Origin: Candidatus Latescibacterota bacterium
Lineage (GTDB): Bacteria; Latescibacterota; UBA2968; GCA-2709665
Length of the DNA stretch: 64,000 nt
NCBI GenBank assembly: GCA_963662665.2
Contig: CAXXJS010000010.1
Location: 352,001 to 416,000 of the forward strand
Direction: 5' to 3'
Each line of letters opens with the position of its first letter. Position 1 is the first letter of the stretch. Both the position numbers and the translations under genes were made by a program. The notes below the pieces were generated by a model. The model was not told the origin of the DNA, made no database searches, and worked only from the letters and a program-made list of their open reading frames with translations. This document shows positions 29,791 to 39,139 of the stretch, in pieces.

Positions 29791-30924
29791 TCAGGTCCAC
29801 GACTCTTTGAAGAACCTGATCAGATTTCCATGACAGATGTTGTCGATGTCTTCAGAATTGTATCCGTGCGCTTCAAGAATGTCGGGGAACCGCTGGAGGT
29901 CGGCAATCGTGTTGTAGTCCGTGGGGGAAAGCTCCAGCCCGAACCCTCCGTCCAGGTCCGTGCCGATGGCCGCGTGGCGGCTGTTGCCCGTCAACTGGCA
30001 GATGTGGTCGATATGCTCGACAACGGCTTTCATCGGTCGGGTGGCGGTGGCGTAGTGGGTCGACGGATCGTCCCAGTTCCACGTGGGGCTGAGCATCTGC
30101 TCGGCAAAGACCATGCCGATAACGCCGCCGCGTTCCACGATGGCGCGGATCATGTCGTCACTGAGGTGGCGTTGGCCGGGAACGAGCGCGCGGCAGTTGC
30201 AGTGGCTGGCGTGAACGGGGCCGTCCCAATAGTCCAGGATTTGCCAAAAGGCGAGGTCCGACGCGTGGGTCAGGTCGATCACCATGCCAACGTCTTTGAA
30301 GGCATCCATCAGGGGGTACGCCGGGGGATAAAGGCCGCCGACGGTGCCTGTGCCGTGGCCGTAGGTATTGGCCCCGAAGTGGGTAAGAGACACCGAGCGC
30401 AGGCCGGAATCCCACCATTCTGCGACCTGGTCGGGCCCCAGGATGGGGTCGGCGCTCTCGGCGGTGAGAATCAGCCCGATCGGCGTGGTGTCCGTCGGAT
30501 GCTCCCAGGACGATACACAGGCATCCAGATCGGCGCCGTTCTTGATGAACGTGATTTCTCCCCGGCGGGCGAGGGCGTTGTAATAGTGAAGGTGGCTCTG
30601 ACCCCGTGCGTACGCGACCGACTGGGCCCGAACGGAGTTGTGGGAGTCGATTGAAGGTGCCTGGACGCGGGCCATGATGGTGGAGAGCATGATGCCCACG
30701 TGGCCCTTTCGCATCTCCGGGAGGGTCACGGTGACGGTGTAGCTCTTGTCCTTGAGTCCCGCACGTCGTTCAAGAGAGTCTTTATGGGTAGACAGATCGG
30801 CGCGAACGACGTCCTCCCGTTCGCGGAGGACATGAACGGGTTGGGTGAGGTCGCGACGGTAGAACAAGGCATTGAATGCCATGTCCAGATGGCCGTCTAT
30901 GATGAGTACAGGTTTGTCGGGCAT
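29791..30924 (-). CDS. membrane dipeptidase family M19 (paralog 2)
   Basis: DGHLD, AESAD, DLTH, ASHCN and IGTDLDG motifs. Confidence 0.9.
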   Translation of the reverse strand: MPDKPVLIIDGHLDMAFNALFYRRDLTQPVHVLREREDVVRADLSTHKDSLERRAGLKDKSYTVTVTLPEMRKGHVGIMLSTIMARVQAPSIDSHNSVRAQSVAYARGQSHLHYYNALARRGEITFIKNGADLDACVSSWEHPTDTTPIGLILTAESADPILGPDQVAEWWDSGLRSVSLTHFGANTYGHGTGTVGGLYPPAYPLMDAFKDVGMVIDLTHASDLAFWQILDYWDGPVHASHCNCRALVPGQRHLSDDMIRAIVERGGVIGMVFAEQMLSPTWNWDDPSTHYATATRPMKAVVEHIDHICQLTGNSRHAAIGTDLDGGFGLELSPTDYNTIADLQRFPDILEAHGYNSEDIDNICHGNLIRFFKESWT

Positions 30925-31227
30925 AGACGAAGGAACTGTTGAAAATGGAATGCGAAACGGCTCGATGCCGTCCGCGCGTCAAATTACTGTGACGGCCGGG
31001 ACCGGGCAAGTGAAATCGATGGAGCCTGGCGGACAACGGGGGACACCGTGGACTCTGTACGGGCGAGATTTAAAGTGATGTGTGGTTGACTTGTCCGGAA
31101 CCGGCGAGCAGGCCTCGAGATTCGTCATTGATAGCAGTCGCCTGTGTGCCCGATCAACCTTTTTTCTTGCCCGAAGCGCCGGTTTTGTGGATATTCCGAA
31201 AGGACAATTTATCCTGACTTGAACTAT

Positions 31228-31304
31228 CGGGGAGTGGCTCAGTCCGGCAGAGCACCTGCTTTGGGAGCAGGGGGTCGCGGGTTCAAATCCCGCCTCCCCG
31301 ACCA
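31228..31304 (+). tRNA. tRNA-Pro(TGG)
   Basis: Acceptor stem CGGGGAG/CTCCCCG, anticodon loop TTTGGGA, T-loop GTTCAAATC, encoded CCA end. Confidence 0.97.
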
Positions 31305-31347
31305 TAAAAAAACAAGGGGTTACGAGTAATGGCTCGTAACCCCTTGT
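31305..31347. terminator. hairpin terminator between tRNA and the convergent operon
   Basis: 15-bp stem ACAAGGGGTTACGAG/CTCGTAACCCCTTGT. The 5' A-tract gives a U-tract on the minus strand. Confidence 0.75.
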
Positions 31348-31422
31348 CTGTATCGGCGAAGCGTCGGGCAGGGCGCCGAGGGTGTAACGCCCAGCCTATT
31401 ATCCTCGCGCCAGGTTAGCGAT

Positions 31423-32904
31423 CTACAACGATCTTAAGAACGCGAGCAATGCCTCCCGGTTTTCCGTGGAGAGTCTGCGCACGCCTTCGCGTGACCGTTC
31501 AGCTTCGCCGCCGTGAAACATGATGGCTTCCAAAAGTGTTTCCGCCCTGCCGTCGTGCAGGAACCCGGCCGGACTGCCATTGACGGTTTCTGTGAGACCG
31601 AGGCCCCACAGCGCGGGCGTTTTCCACTCGCGCCCATCGGCTTCGAAGTCCGGTCGTTCGTCGGCAAGCGCGTCGCCCATGTCGTGCAGCAGCAAATCGG
31701 TATAGGGATGAATGATCTGGCCCGATAGCGACGCGACGGCGTGGCTGCCGGTTTGAAAGGTCGTCGTGTGGCAGGCCGCACAACCCGTGGATTCAAAGAG
31801 AATCTCGCCGCGCAGTACCTGGGGATCATCCCAGTTGCGTCGAGCCGGCACGGCAAGCGTCTGGATATAAAACGTTGTGACGTCCAGCGTCTCTTGCGAA
31901 ATTTCCGGATCGTCGTCGCGGCCGTCGTGCTGAGGCTGCCCCCATACCGATTCCCGCGGAAAGTATGGACTGGTTACGCCCATATCCTCGTTGTACGCGC
32001 TTGCAACCTGCTGCAGAAGGTCGGGATTGTTTGCTTTCAGGCCGAAGCGTCCGAGTTCTGTCTGATCCGATCGGAAATTGTATACATAATTGGGACGGCC
32101 AGAAATGCCGTCACCATCGGCATCAGCGGGATCCGAGAGCGCAAGAATGTCAGACTCGGAAATGGCTTCCAGCAGGCCGCGTCCGAATACGGGCGGCGCC
32201 ATGCGCGCCGATAGCAGGACCCCTGCGGGCAACGGCTGATAGGGTTCAACGATATGGTAGACCGGGTGTTTCAGATAGACTTCCTGTCCGTCGGCCAGTT
32301 TTTCCGCGGTTTCGAAAAAGCTGACCTGAACACGAGCCTCAGGCTGAACGCCATAGTTTGCGCGGTCGCCGAGTTGCGTGCCAAAGCCGGGAACCGACGC
32401 GGGGCCGCCATGCGGGGACAAACCGGGTAGACTGACGCGCATAAGCATGGACCCGACAAAAGGCGGTTCTGCGCCGAATGCGCCGCGCCCTCGCCCGTCG
32501 CGCAGGTGACAGCCAACGCAGGAGGTGTGGCTGAACACGGGACCGACGCCCGGGTTCACTTCGGCCGGCGGTGTGACAAAGACCTGTTCGAAGGTGGCAT
32601 CGCCCGCAAGAAACATGTCAAGTTCGTTGGCCGAAAGCGTCGGGATGGGCATTTCAAATGCCTTGCTCGACGCGTCGAAAACCGTCGCCTGCCCGCCAGA
32701 CAAGGGTCTGGTTTCATCGGGCACTGGTGAAATCGTCTCTTCGCTGCCACATGCGGAAACGAGCAGCAAGACGCCGATGGCGCGCCGAAGTCTGCCGGGA
32801 AGTTTCACGAGCGAGAGTACTGGTTTCTGTCGAATGGGTGGAAGGACGCATGTGCGGAGCCGATAGGGCAAACGGACCCTATCGGCTTCCTGGTGATTGC
32901 ACAC
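31423..32904 (-). CDS. di-haem oxidoreductase family lipoprotein (DUF1111)
   Basis: Two CxxCH motifs (CVGCH, CAACH), LLLHDMG, WKTPALWG, FLHDGRA and lipobox LVSAC. The true start may be further downstream. Confidence 0.9.
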   Translation of the reverse strand: MCNHQEADRVRLPYRLRTCVLPPIRQKPVLSLVKLPGRLRRAIGVLLLVSACGSEETISPVPDETRPLSGGQATVFDASSKAFEMPIPTLSANELDMFLAGDATFEQVFVTPPAEVNPGVGPVFSHTSCVGCHLRDGRGRGAFGAEPPFVGSMLMRVSLPGLSPHGGPASVPGFGTQLGDRANYGVQPEARVQVSFFETAEKLADGQEVYLKHPVYHIVEPYQPLPAGVLLSARMAPPVFGRGLLEAISESDILALSDPADADGDGISGRPNYVYNFRSDQTELGRFGLKANNPDLLQQVASAYNEDMGVTSPYFPRESVWGQPQHDGRDDDPEISQETLDVTTFYIQTLAVPARRNWDDPQVLRGEILFESTGCAACHTTTFQTGSHAVASLSGQIIHPYTDLLLHDMGDALADERPDFEADGREWKTPALWGLGLTETVNGSPAGFLHDGRAETLLEAIMFHGGEAERSREGVRRLSTENREALLAFLRSL

Positions 32905-32910
32905 GGCGGT

Positions 32911-33987
32911 CTATGGCTCCGCGTTGACCAGGCGCAACACATCGCCTTCGAGCGTCGCCTGCACCTTTGCAATGGCCTGTTGGGCCGCCGTGATCTGCGC
33001 GGCATCGGACCCCAGAGCGTCACGGAACGGGAAGGAAATCTTCCCGATTTCTTCAATCGCTGTCTTGATTTCGTCTTGTACGCGCTGGTCGAGCGCGGAG
33101 TTTTTTGTTCTTACGAAATAATCCAGGCCCACTGCCTGAACATTGTACCCACCGGTGTATACATGCCAGATCCCGCGGATATTGTTCTGGAAATCGAGCA
33201 GAGAGTTAAAGCTGAACTGCGATTCGACCAGGCGCGTGTCCTGTTCATTGAAGGGGTCGGCAATCTTGCCGTTTCCAACTTCGTCGGCAATGCCGACCAT
33301 GCCGTTGATCATCTCCTGAACGGCCGATTTCCGTGTGGTGTAGGTGTTGCTGCCCCCACCGGCATTGACGACTTGATCGCGGAAATTTCCGCCAGATGAA
33401 CTCCAGTCGGTGTGCATTGCAGTGGCCGCTTCATCCAGCAATTCCGTCGCGGCGATCAGGTAATCGTATTGTCGCGGAGTAAAGTCGTCTACGGTCTTGC
33501 TGCCGCCCTCGTCATAAAGCAGGAACTCAATGGTGTGAAATCCCTTGAGCGTGTTCTCGAGGTTATTGACGGTCGTTTTGGTCAAGGGATCGCTGCCCGA
33601 CAAAACAGCTTCCAGGTCCGCGCGGTTTACGGGCCAGGAATCCAGCGCGGGATCATATCCCTTGAAATCGACCGGACCGAACAGGAACGCCTCGCTTCTT
33701 TCCCATGGCTGGCGCGAGGCCACCCACGACGCGCGAGCGGTCGACAACGTGGCGGGCGACGGATTGGCCTTGAGATTGCGCACGGCGACGAGAAGATCCG
33801 ATGCCTTGTCCGATAGATCCTTGTAGATGGGGATGACCGTTTTATCGGCGAAGTCGGTGAGAATAGGTGAGAAATCAAATCGCGGATCGGGTTCCGGCTC
33901 GGGTGCAATGGGGTTTTCATCGTTGTCGCCGCACCCGGCGAGTGAAACGGCAAGCAGGAGACCGAATAATACTGCGACGTTCTTCAT
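32911..33987 (-). CDS. imelysin-family (IrpA-like) lipoprotein
   Basis: Lipobox LAGC, GFHTIEFLL (GxHxxE), FGP and ESQFS motifs. Confidence 0.9.
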   Translation of the reverse strand: MKNVAVLFGLLLAVSLAGCGDNDENPIAPEPEPDPRFDFSPILTDFADKTVIPIYKDLSDKASDLLVAVRNLKANPSPATLSTARASWVASRQPWERSEAFLFGPVDFKGYDPALDSWPVNRADLEAVLSGSDPLTKTTVNNLENTLKGFHTIEFLLYDEGGSKTVDDFTPRQYDYLIAATELLDEAATAMHTDWSSSGGNFRDQVVNAGGGSNTYTTRKSAVQEMINGMVGIADEVGNGKIADPFNEQDTRLVESQFSFNSLLDFQNNIRGIWHVYTGGYNVQAVGLDYFVRTKNSALDQRVQDEIKTAIEEIGKISFPFRDALGSDAAQITAAQQAIAKVQATLEGDVLRLVNAEP

Positions 33988-34203
33988 GGATGTTTCCTCC
34001 TTATATGGTTAACCTCAATGTGAAAAAAACAGCAACTCGGCAACGCGACGAAAACCCCTGAAACGGGGCGTAACGGTCGTTAAAAAGGACGTTTTTTCAG
34101 TCCACGTCCAGTGACCTGGTGTATCCTGGTAATCAGAAGTTAAATCGCCTTTATCTACTTGCATATATTCGGTTTTACTTCCCCGAAGAATTGCGAATCA
34201 AGG

Positions 34204-35442
34204 TTAAAACTGAAAGCCGACTGCGAAACTGGCAGTATTTTCACCGTTGAATCTCGACGTACCCAGGCGACGCATCGCATAGTCGCCCTTGAGAACCACC
34301 GCGTCGTCCAGGATGTAGTTGAGGCCGAGCGTGTAGACAATCCGTTCAAAGCGAGGATTGTCGAAGAAGCCCGTCGGCACGCTCGCCATCGTGTCGTAGC
34401 TGTCAAATCGCAAAAACACGTAGAGTTGATCTTCCCGTCGAGTGGTGAAAGTGGGCAGAATATCACAACCGACCTCGATATAAGACGCAAAGGCGCCGCT
34501 GCCGACGGGAGTACGCAACACGTCCAGATTATTGGACAGCGAACGGTTGCGTTCGCTCACGATATCCGCGTTCTGCAGATTTCCGTAGAGATACATCCCC
34601 TGTGCGCGAAAGCGATTGTACCGCAGCACGGCGTGGACGTCGAAGATGGACACATTGGCATCCACACCTTTCATATCCGGTTTTGGCCGGTTGTCGGCGC
34701 TGTTGCCGCGATAGCCCGAGACACCAAGTGTGAGGCCGTCAGCGACGTGGTAGTCCAACCGACCGGCAAGCGCCATGTCCGATGCGCGGACTTCCTCGAA
34801 GCGGGTCTGATGGCCCCCCACGATCCAGTTCTGTGAACTGAAACCCGTTGCGTCCAGGCCGTTGACGAGTTGAACCTGGTAGCTCAGACGATCGGTGCGG
34901 CCGTTGACCTCGATGCCGGTTTCGTGCCATATCGCGGGGATTACCGAGGTCTCCGACTCGGGACGGCGGGTTCCGAAAAAGTCCGTGGGATGGTATTGCT
35001 CTGTGGTCAGCCCAACTGCGACGTAGAAGTGTCCCAGTCGGATGTTGAAGGCGTCGCTGAACTCGCGTTCAATGAAGAGTTCCTCGAGGATGACTTCACC
35101 GCCTTTTTCCACTTCGGTTTCGTATTCGCCGAATTCCTCGTATTCAATTTCGAGTGCGCCCCCCGTACCGCCGTGTTCGATTTCCAGTTCAACTTCCAGC
35201 TCAACGCCGTGAAGCAGGCGGGTTTCCAGCTCGAGGGCCAGACGTGTGACGTCGATGGTCGCGCGGCTGTCCGGCGGTGAACCCGTCGGGCTGCTCTTCT
35301 GGTCGGGGCCGTAATCGAAGTGCGAATAGATGAGTTCGCCGTATCCCGTGATTTTTAATCTCGGTTCCGGCTTGTCGGCCTCGCCCGTGGCGGTTACCGG
35401 CAACGCGAGCCCCAACAGAATCGGAAAGATCCGTCCGATCAT
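34204..35442 (-). CDS. outer-membrane porin-like beta-barrel
   Basis: Signal peptide, acidic EIEHGGTG...EEFGEYE loop, C-terminal Phe (VGFQF). Confidence 0.75.
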   Translation of the reverse strand: MIGRIFPILLGLALPVTATGEADKPEPRLKITGYGELIYSHFDYGPDQKSSPTGSPPDSRATIDVTRLALELETRLLHGVELEVELEIEHGGTGGALEIEYEEFGEYETEVEKGGEVILEELFIEREFSDAFNIRLGHFYVAVGLTTEQYHPTDFFGTRRPESETSVIPAIWHETGIEVNGRTDRLSYQVQLVNGLDATGFSSQNWIVGGHQTRFEEVRASDMALAGRLDYHVADGLTLGVSGYRGNSADNRPKPDMKGVDANVSIFDVHAVLRYNRFRAQGMYLYGNLQNADIVSERNRSLSNNLDVLRTPVGSGAFASYIEVGCDILPTFTTRREDQLYVFLRFDSYDTMASVPTGFFDNPRFERIVYTLGLNYILDDAVVLKGDYAMRRLGTSRFNGENTASFAVGFQF

Positions 35443-35647
35443 CGGTTTTCCCTACTCATTGACGCGTGAATCAGAGCCGCGCAAACCGCGCGCTTCATTG
35501 CTGTGAGAGGCGAAAGGCAGTCTAGACCCGTTCGACAGTATCCATTCACCGGGCGACAATTATGCATACCCGTCGGTCGATTTGTAAATCCATCGATTAT
35601 TAGTTTAATATTATGAATGTTTTATATATATAACTATTGGCAATTCT

Positions 35648-35676
35648 ATAATACATTTCGAATAGTAATAAGTCAA
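35648..35676 (-). promoter_or_regulatory. sigma70 promoter of the porin-imelysin-di-haem operon
   Basis: Minus strand TTGACT-17 nt-TATTAT inside a very AT-rich tract (35580-35740). Confidence 0.65.
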
Positions 35677-35733
35677 GGAGAAATTGGGGATTTTACCGTA
35701 TGTGAACGTTAAGTATTTAAATAACAAATAAAT

Positions 35734-35762
35734 AAAAACGCCCGGTATTTAAATACCAGGCG
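35734..35762 (-). terminator. rho-independent terminator downstream of the aldo/keto reductase
   Basis: Minus strand CGCCTGGTATTTAAATACCGGGCG followed by TTTTT. Confidence 0.6.
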
Positions 35763-35783
35763 ATGTCAATTCGCGGATGCGTG

Positions 35784-35823
35784 GTTCATGTAGGGGCGAC
35801 CGGCCGGTCGCCCCTACATGAAC
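35784..35823. repeat. GTAG-family REP-like perfect 40-bp palindrome
   Basis: GTTCATGTAGGGGCGACCGG|CCGGTCGCCCCTACATGAAC. Confidence 0.8.
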
Positions 35824-35859
35824 AAGGCCCTGTGGGCAACTGTTCGCTGTTCCTCACGT

Positions 35860-36753
35860 TCAAACATCGAACCCCTCCTGAAACGCCGCTCTGGCCCGTT
35901 GCACGATGTCATCGGAGAGGGGATGTCCGTCGGAAATCTCAACGTTGGCGCGGATGTGATCCGGGTCCGTGGAGCCGATGATGGCTGTGCAGACGTCTGG
36001 ATGCGAGAGGGTGAAACGCAGGACGAATTCGAGAATGGGCATCTCGCCCGCCAAATCTGCAAGGGGGATTGTTTGGGCCCGGTCCCAGGGGCCGCCCATG
36101 TAGTCGCCGGCGGGGCGTTCACTCTGTTCCCACACGGCATTGGAGATGGGACGCTTGATGATGGTGCCCATCCCTTGAGCCTTCAACGTGGGTATAAGAT
36201 CTTCGGCGGATTCCTGGTAGAGGATATTGTAGGTGAATTCCTGTGTGTCCAGAGGCCATCGTCGCGCCGCCGCCGCTGCCGAAGGTCCGTCGGCGGAAAC
36301 GCCCACGAATCGTGTCCAGCCTCTTTCTCTGGCATCGAGAAGCGCCTCGAATGCCACCTCGTCGTCGTCGCCCGGATCGGGCAGCCCGTGAAACTGGACG
36401 ATATCGATGACGTCCGTATCCAGCTTTTTGCGACTCTCGTCTATCGTACGTAGAATACCTTCCCGGCTGTAGTCCCTGACAATATGGTATTGACCGTCGG
36501 TTTCGCCCACGTAGTCGCCGCATTTCGTGGCCACGATGAATTCGTCACGTCTGTGGGAGATGAATCTGCCGATCCGGGCTTCGCTCAGTCCATACATGGC
36601 GGCCGTATCGATGAAATTGATGCCAGCGTCCAGGGCCGCGTTGAGGGCCCGTTCGGCCTGGCTTTCGGGCAGGTTGATATTGCCGATCTGTGCTGCGCCG
36701 TAGCCGATTTCAGAAACGCGCAGCCCGGTCTTTCCGAGGAATCGATATTCCAT
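35860..36753 (-). CDS. aldo/keto reductase
   Basis: LGKTGLRVS, IDTAAMYG, ATK and QFH (D-Y-K-H tetrad). Confidence 0.92.
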   Translation of the reverse strand: MEYRFLGKTGLRVSEIGYGAAQIGNINLPESQAERALNAALDAGINFIDTAAMYGLSEARIGRFISHRRDEFIVATKCGDYVGETDGQYHIVRDYSREGILRTIDESRKKLDTDVIDIVQFHGLPDPGDDDEVAFEALLDARERGWTRFVGVSADGPSAAAAARRWPLDTQEFTYNILYQESAEDLIPTLKAQGMGTIIKRPISNAVWEQSERPAGDYMGGPWDRAQTIPLADLAGEMPILEFVLRFTLSHPDVCTAIIGSTDPDHIRANVEISDGHPLSDDIVQRARAAFQEGFDV

Positions 36754-36765
36754 CGCGGTTCTCCT

Positions 36766-38028
36766 TCAGGATGAGTTTTTAGACGGCCGGGCAAACTCGC
36801 CCCGCGGGGTACGGAAGTAAGCCCAGAAAATCAGCGTGCCGATTGCTGTGAATGCGGCGCTTGTCATAAAGAGGGCGGGGTAACCGGACGTGGAAATGAT
36901 ATAGCCGCCACCCATCGCGATCACGGAATAGCCTATTCCCGCCATCATGGAGGACGCGCCGGACATGGCCGTCCGCCATCGCGGGGCCACGATTTCCAGG
37001 ATGTAGACCACGAAGGCGGGGCGCCGTATGGCGGCCAGGGCCACGATGTTCATAAAGCAGAATCCGGCCGGAATCCAGTGCGGCAACATGGCCATCGGCA
37101 TCAGGATGAGTGGCGTACAGATGGCGCTCAACACCACGGTTCGGTGATTGCCGAAGCGCCCCGTGAAAAATGGTACGGTCAGGGCGGCGGGCACCGCCAG
37201 GAGCTGGCCGGTGGCCATCAGCGTACCGATGAGTGAGGTGGGTACCTTCAGGCCGGCATCCAGGTAGACGTTGAAGAATGTCCGGACGGCGCCCTCTCCC
37301 GCGACGTGCAGAAGAGAAGACAGCGCGATTAGCGCGATCAGTCCCATCGGGAACGGCGAATCGGATTCTTCCACACTGTCACGTGGCTGCCGGACCTGAG
37401 GCTTCTGCATGGCGATGAGCAGGAACAGAGCAGGAATGAGCAGGGCGGAAGCGATGAACAGCGTATATCGGAAGGGCGAGGGGTGGATTGGGGCGACGTT
37501 TATCAACCAGGCGATCCGGCCCGGGAGGATGCCGCCGACGAAGCTTCCCAGGAAACCGGCCAGCGGGAAGAGGGCGCCCTGCATGGAAAACACGTGGTTG
37601 CGTTCCCGTGCGCCGGTAACGCGCATCAGATAGGGGGCGCCGTTGACGATATAGAGGGCAACACCCAGCAGCCCGAGAGCGTTCGTGGCCAGGACATACA
37701 CGTCCCTGGCGGCGGGGCCGACGAGTTCAGCCTGCGAGAGAAGGCCATTGCCGATGATGGCGATACCGATACCAGCGATCATGACCCGGCGCGGGTCCCA
37801 GCGAGCCCCCATGAACCCTGCCGGCAGACTGCAGACCGCAAAGGAAAACGCGCCGGTGGCGTTTACCCACCCGACAAACGTGGGCCCGTATCCCAGCCGG
37901 AGCAGGTACAGGTTGAGCAACAGGGAGGTAATGCCGCCGAAAAGACTGAACCCGAAGAGGATCGTTGCGGCGAGATAGAGCCGGACGTCGCGGTTGAAGA
38001 GGCGCAGGGTTTGCAGGTAGGATTGCAT
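36766..38028 (-). CDS. MFS transporter
   Basis: 420 aa with about 12 TM helices. Confidence 0.85.
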   Translation of the reverse strand: MQSYLQTLRLFNRDVRLYLAATILFGFSLFGGITSLLLNLYLLRLGYGPTFVGWVNATGAFSFAVCSLPAGFMGARWDPRRVMIAGIGIAIIGNGLLSQAELVGPAARDVYVLATNALGLLGVALYIVNGAPYLMRVTGARERNHVFSMQGALFPLAGFLGSFVGGILPGRIAWLINVAPIHPSPFRYTLFIASALLIPALFLLIAMQKPQVRQPRDSVEESDSPFPMGLIALIALSSLLHVAGEGAVRTFFNVYLDAGLKVPTSLIGTLMATGQLLAVPAALTVPFFTGRFGNHRTVVLSAICTPLILMPMAMLPHWIPAGFCFMNIVALAAIRRPAFVVYILEIVAPRWRTAMSGASSMMAGIGYSVIAMGGGYIISTSGYPALFMTSAAFTAIGTLIFWAYFRTPRGEFARPSKNSS

Positions 38029-38065
38029 GGATTCAAAAGACCGCGACGGGATTATGTACGGGCTG

Positions 38066-39136
38066 CTACGCGAGCAGGCGTTGGCCCCTGGATTTGAAGG
38101 AGGCCGAAAGGCGTTTCTTCATAGGGCTTCGGGTTTCTCCGACGGGCGGGTTGACGGCCAGCGCGAAACAGAGTTCGACCATGTGGGCGGCATCGGACGC
38201 GGAGATTATCTCTTCCGCGGGCCAGCGCTTGCCCATGTTGTGATAGTTTCCAAGGGGGAAGGCCAGCGCGCCCACCGGCATGCCGTAGAGGACGTACAGG
38301 GTAGCTTCGCAGACGCCGCCGCTCATCAGCTGGCGCTGATATTTGAATTTGCGTTTCTTCTTTGCGAGTTCACGCGCGGTGGTGTGGATGGCGTACTCGA
38401 TTCGCGGATCGAAGACGCTCATGGCATCGCCCACCCGGATGACGGGTCCGCCGCCGATTTCAGCGCCGGGAAGGGCTTTGCTCGTCTCGAGCACGATAAT
38501 GGGCACCCGCCGGGGAACGGATCGGGCACGCACGATTCCGCCTGCGCCGAGCAGGCCGACTTCCTCGGCGCGAGTAAAAACACCCCGGAAATCGGCGTTG
38601 GCTTTCTCTCGATTGAGCCGGTCCATCACGGCCAGTATCGCGGCGCAACTCGCAAGGTTGTCCGCGCCTTTGGTCCTGATACGATCGTCGTCGAACGCGA
38701 CCGGCGCGAGGCCCCAGTAACCGAACGCGCCTTCGAGTCTCGGCAGCGGTCGAGCGGCGCGGGCGGTAAACGTCTTGTCGTCGCCCAGCGCCGACGTCGC
38801 CCGGCCGGTGATCTCTTCTTTGCCCGTGACGAGGGCGAGACGGCCGCCCGGAAAGTGGCGCTCGTCGCATGCCCCCAGCCAGCGCGCGGTGAGATCCCGT
38901 CCGTCGGCGTTGAGAATTTCACAGCCTGGGTGGTCCATGTGTGCGGTAAGCGCTACAGGTTCCGTTCGTTCTCCGTTTGTGTACCGAAGGATGAGGTTAC
39001 CGTACCGGTCTGTCTTCACCGGTATGCGTCGTCGCCTCGCGAAGGTTCGGATGAATGCCGCAACGGCGTTTTCATAGAAGGGTGCGGTGGGCAGAGAGAG
39101 GACGTCGCGAAAGATTTTCCGGAGGCGTTTGTTCAA
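38066..39136 (-). CDS. M42/M20/M28-clan metallopeptidase
   Basis: AHMDH, ADN, AEEVG and YHN metal ligands. Confidence 0.75.
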   Translation of the reverse strand: MNKRLRKIFRDVLSLPTAPFYENAVAAFIRTFARRRRIPVKTDRYGNLILRYTNGERTEPVALTAHMDHPGCEILNADGRDLTARWLGACDERHFPGGRLALVTGKEEITGRATSALGDDKTFTARAARPLPRLEGAFGYWGLAPVAFDDDRIRTKGADNLASCAAILAVMDRLNREKANADFRGVFTRAEEVGLLGAGGIVRARSVPRRVPIIVLETSKALPGAEIGGGPVIRVGDAMSVFDPRIEYAIHTTARELAKKKRKFKYQRQLMSGGVCEATLYVLYGMPVGALAFPLGNYHNMGKRWPAEEIISASDAAHMVELCFALAVNPPVGETRSPMKKRLSASFKSRGQRLLA

Positions 39137-39139
39137 GGC

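Noticed and set aside
35443-35640. Riboswitch in the long leader of the porin operon
   Set aside because: No recognisable cobalamin, yybP-ykoY or NiCo consensus. An Rfam search would be needed.
31228-35823. Genomic island integrated at tRNA-Pro
   Set aside because: No integrase is adjacent, and I found no duplicated tRNA 3' end by eye.
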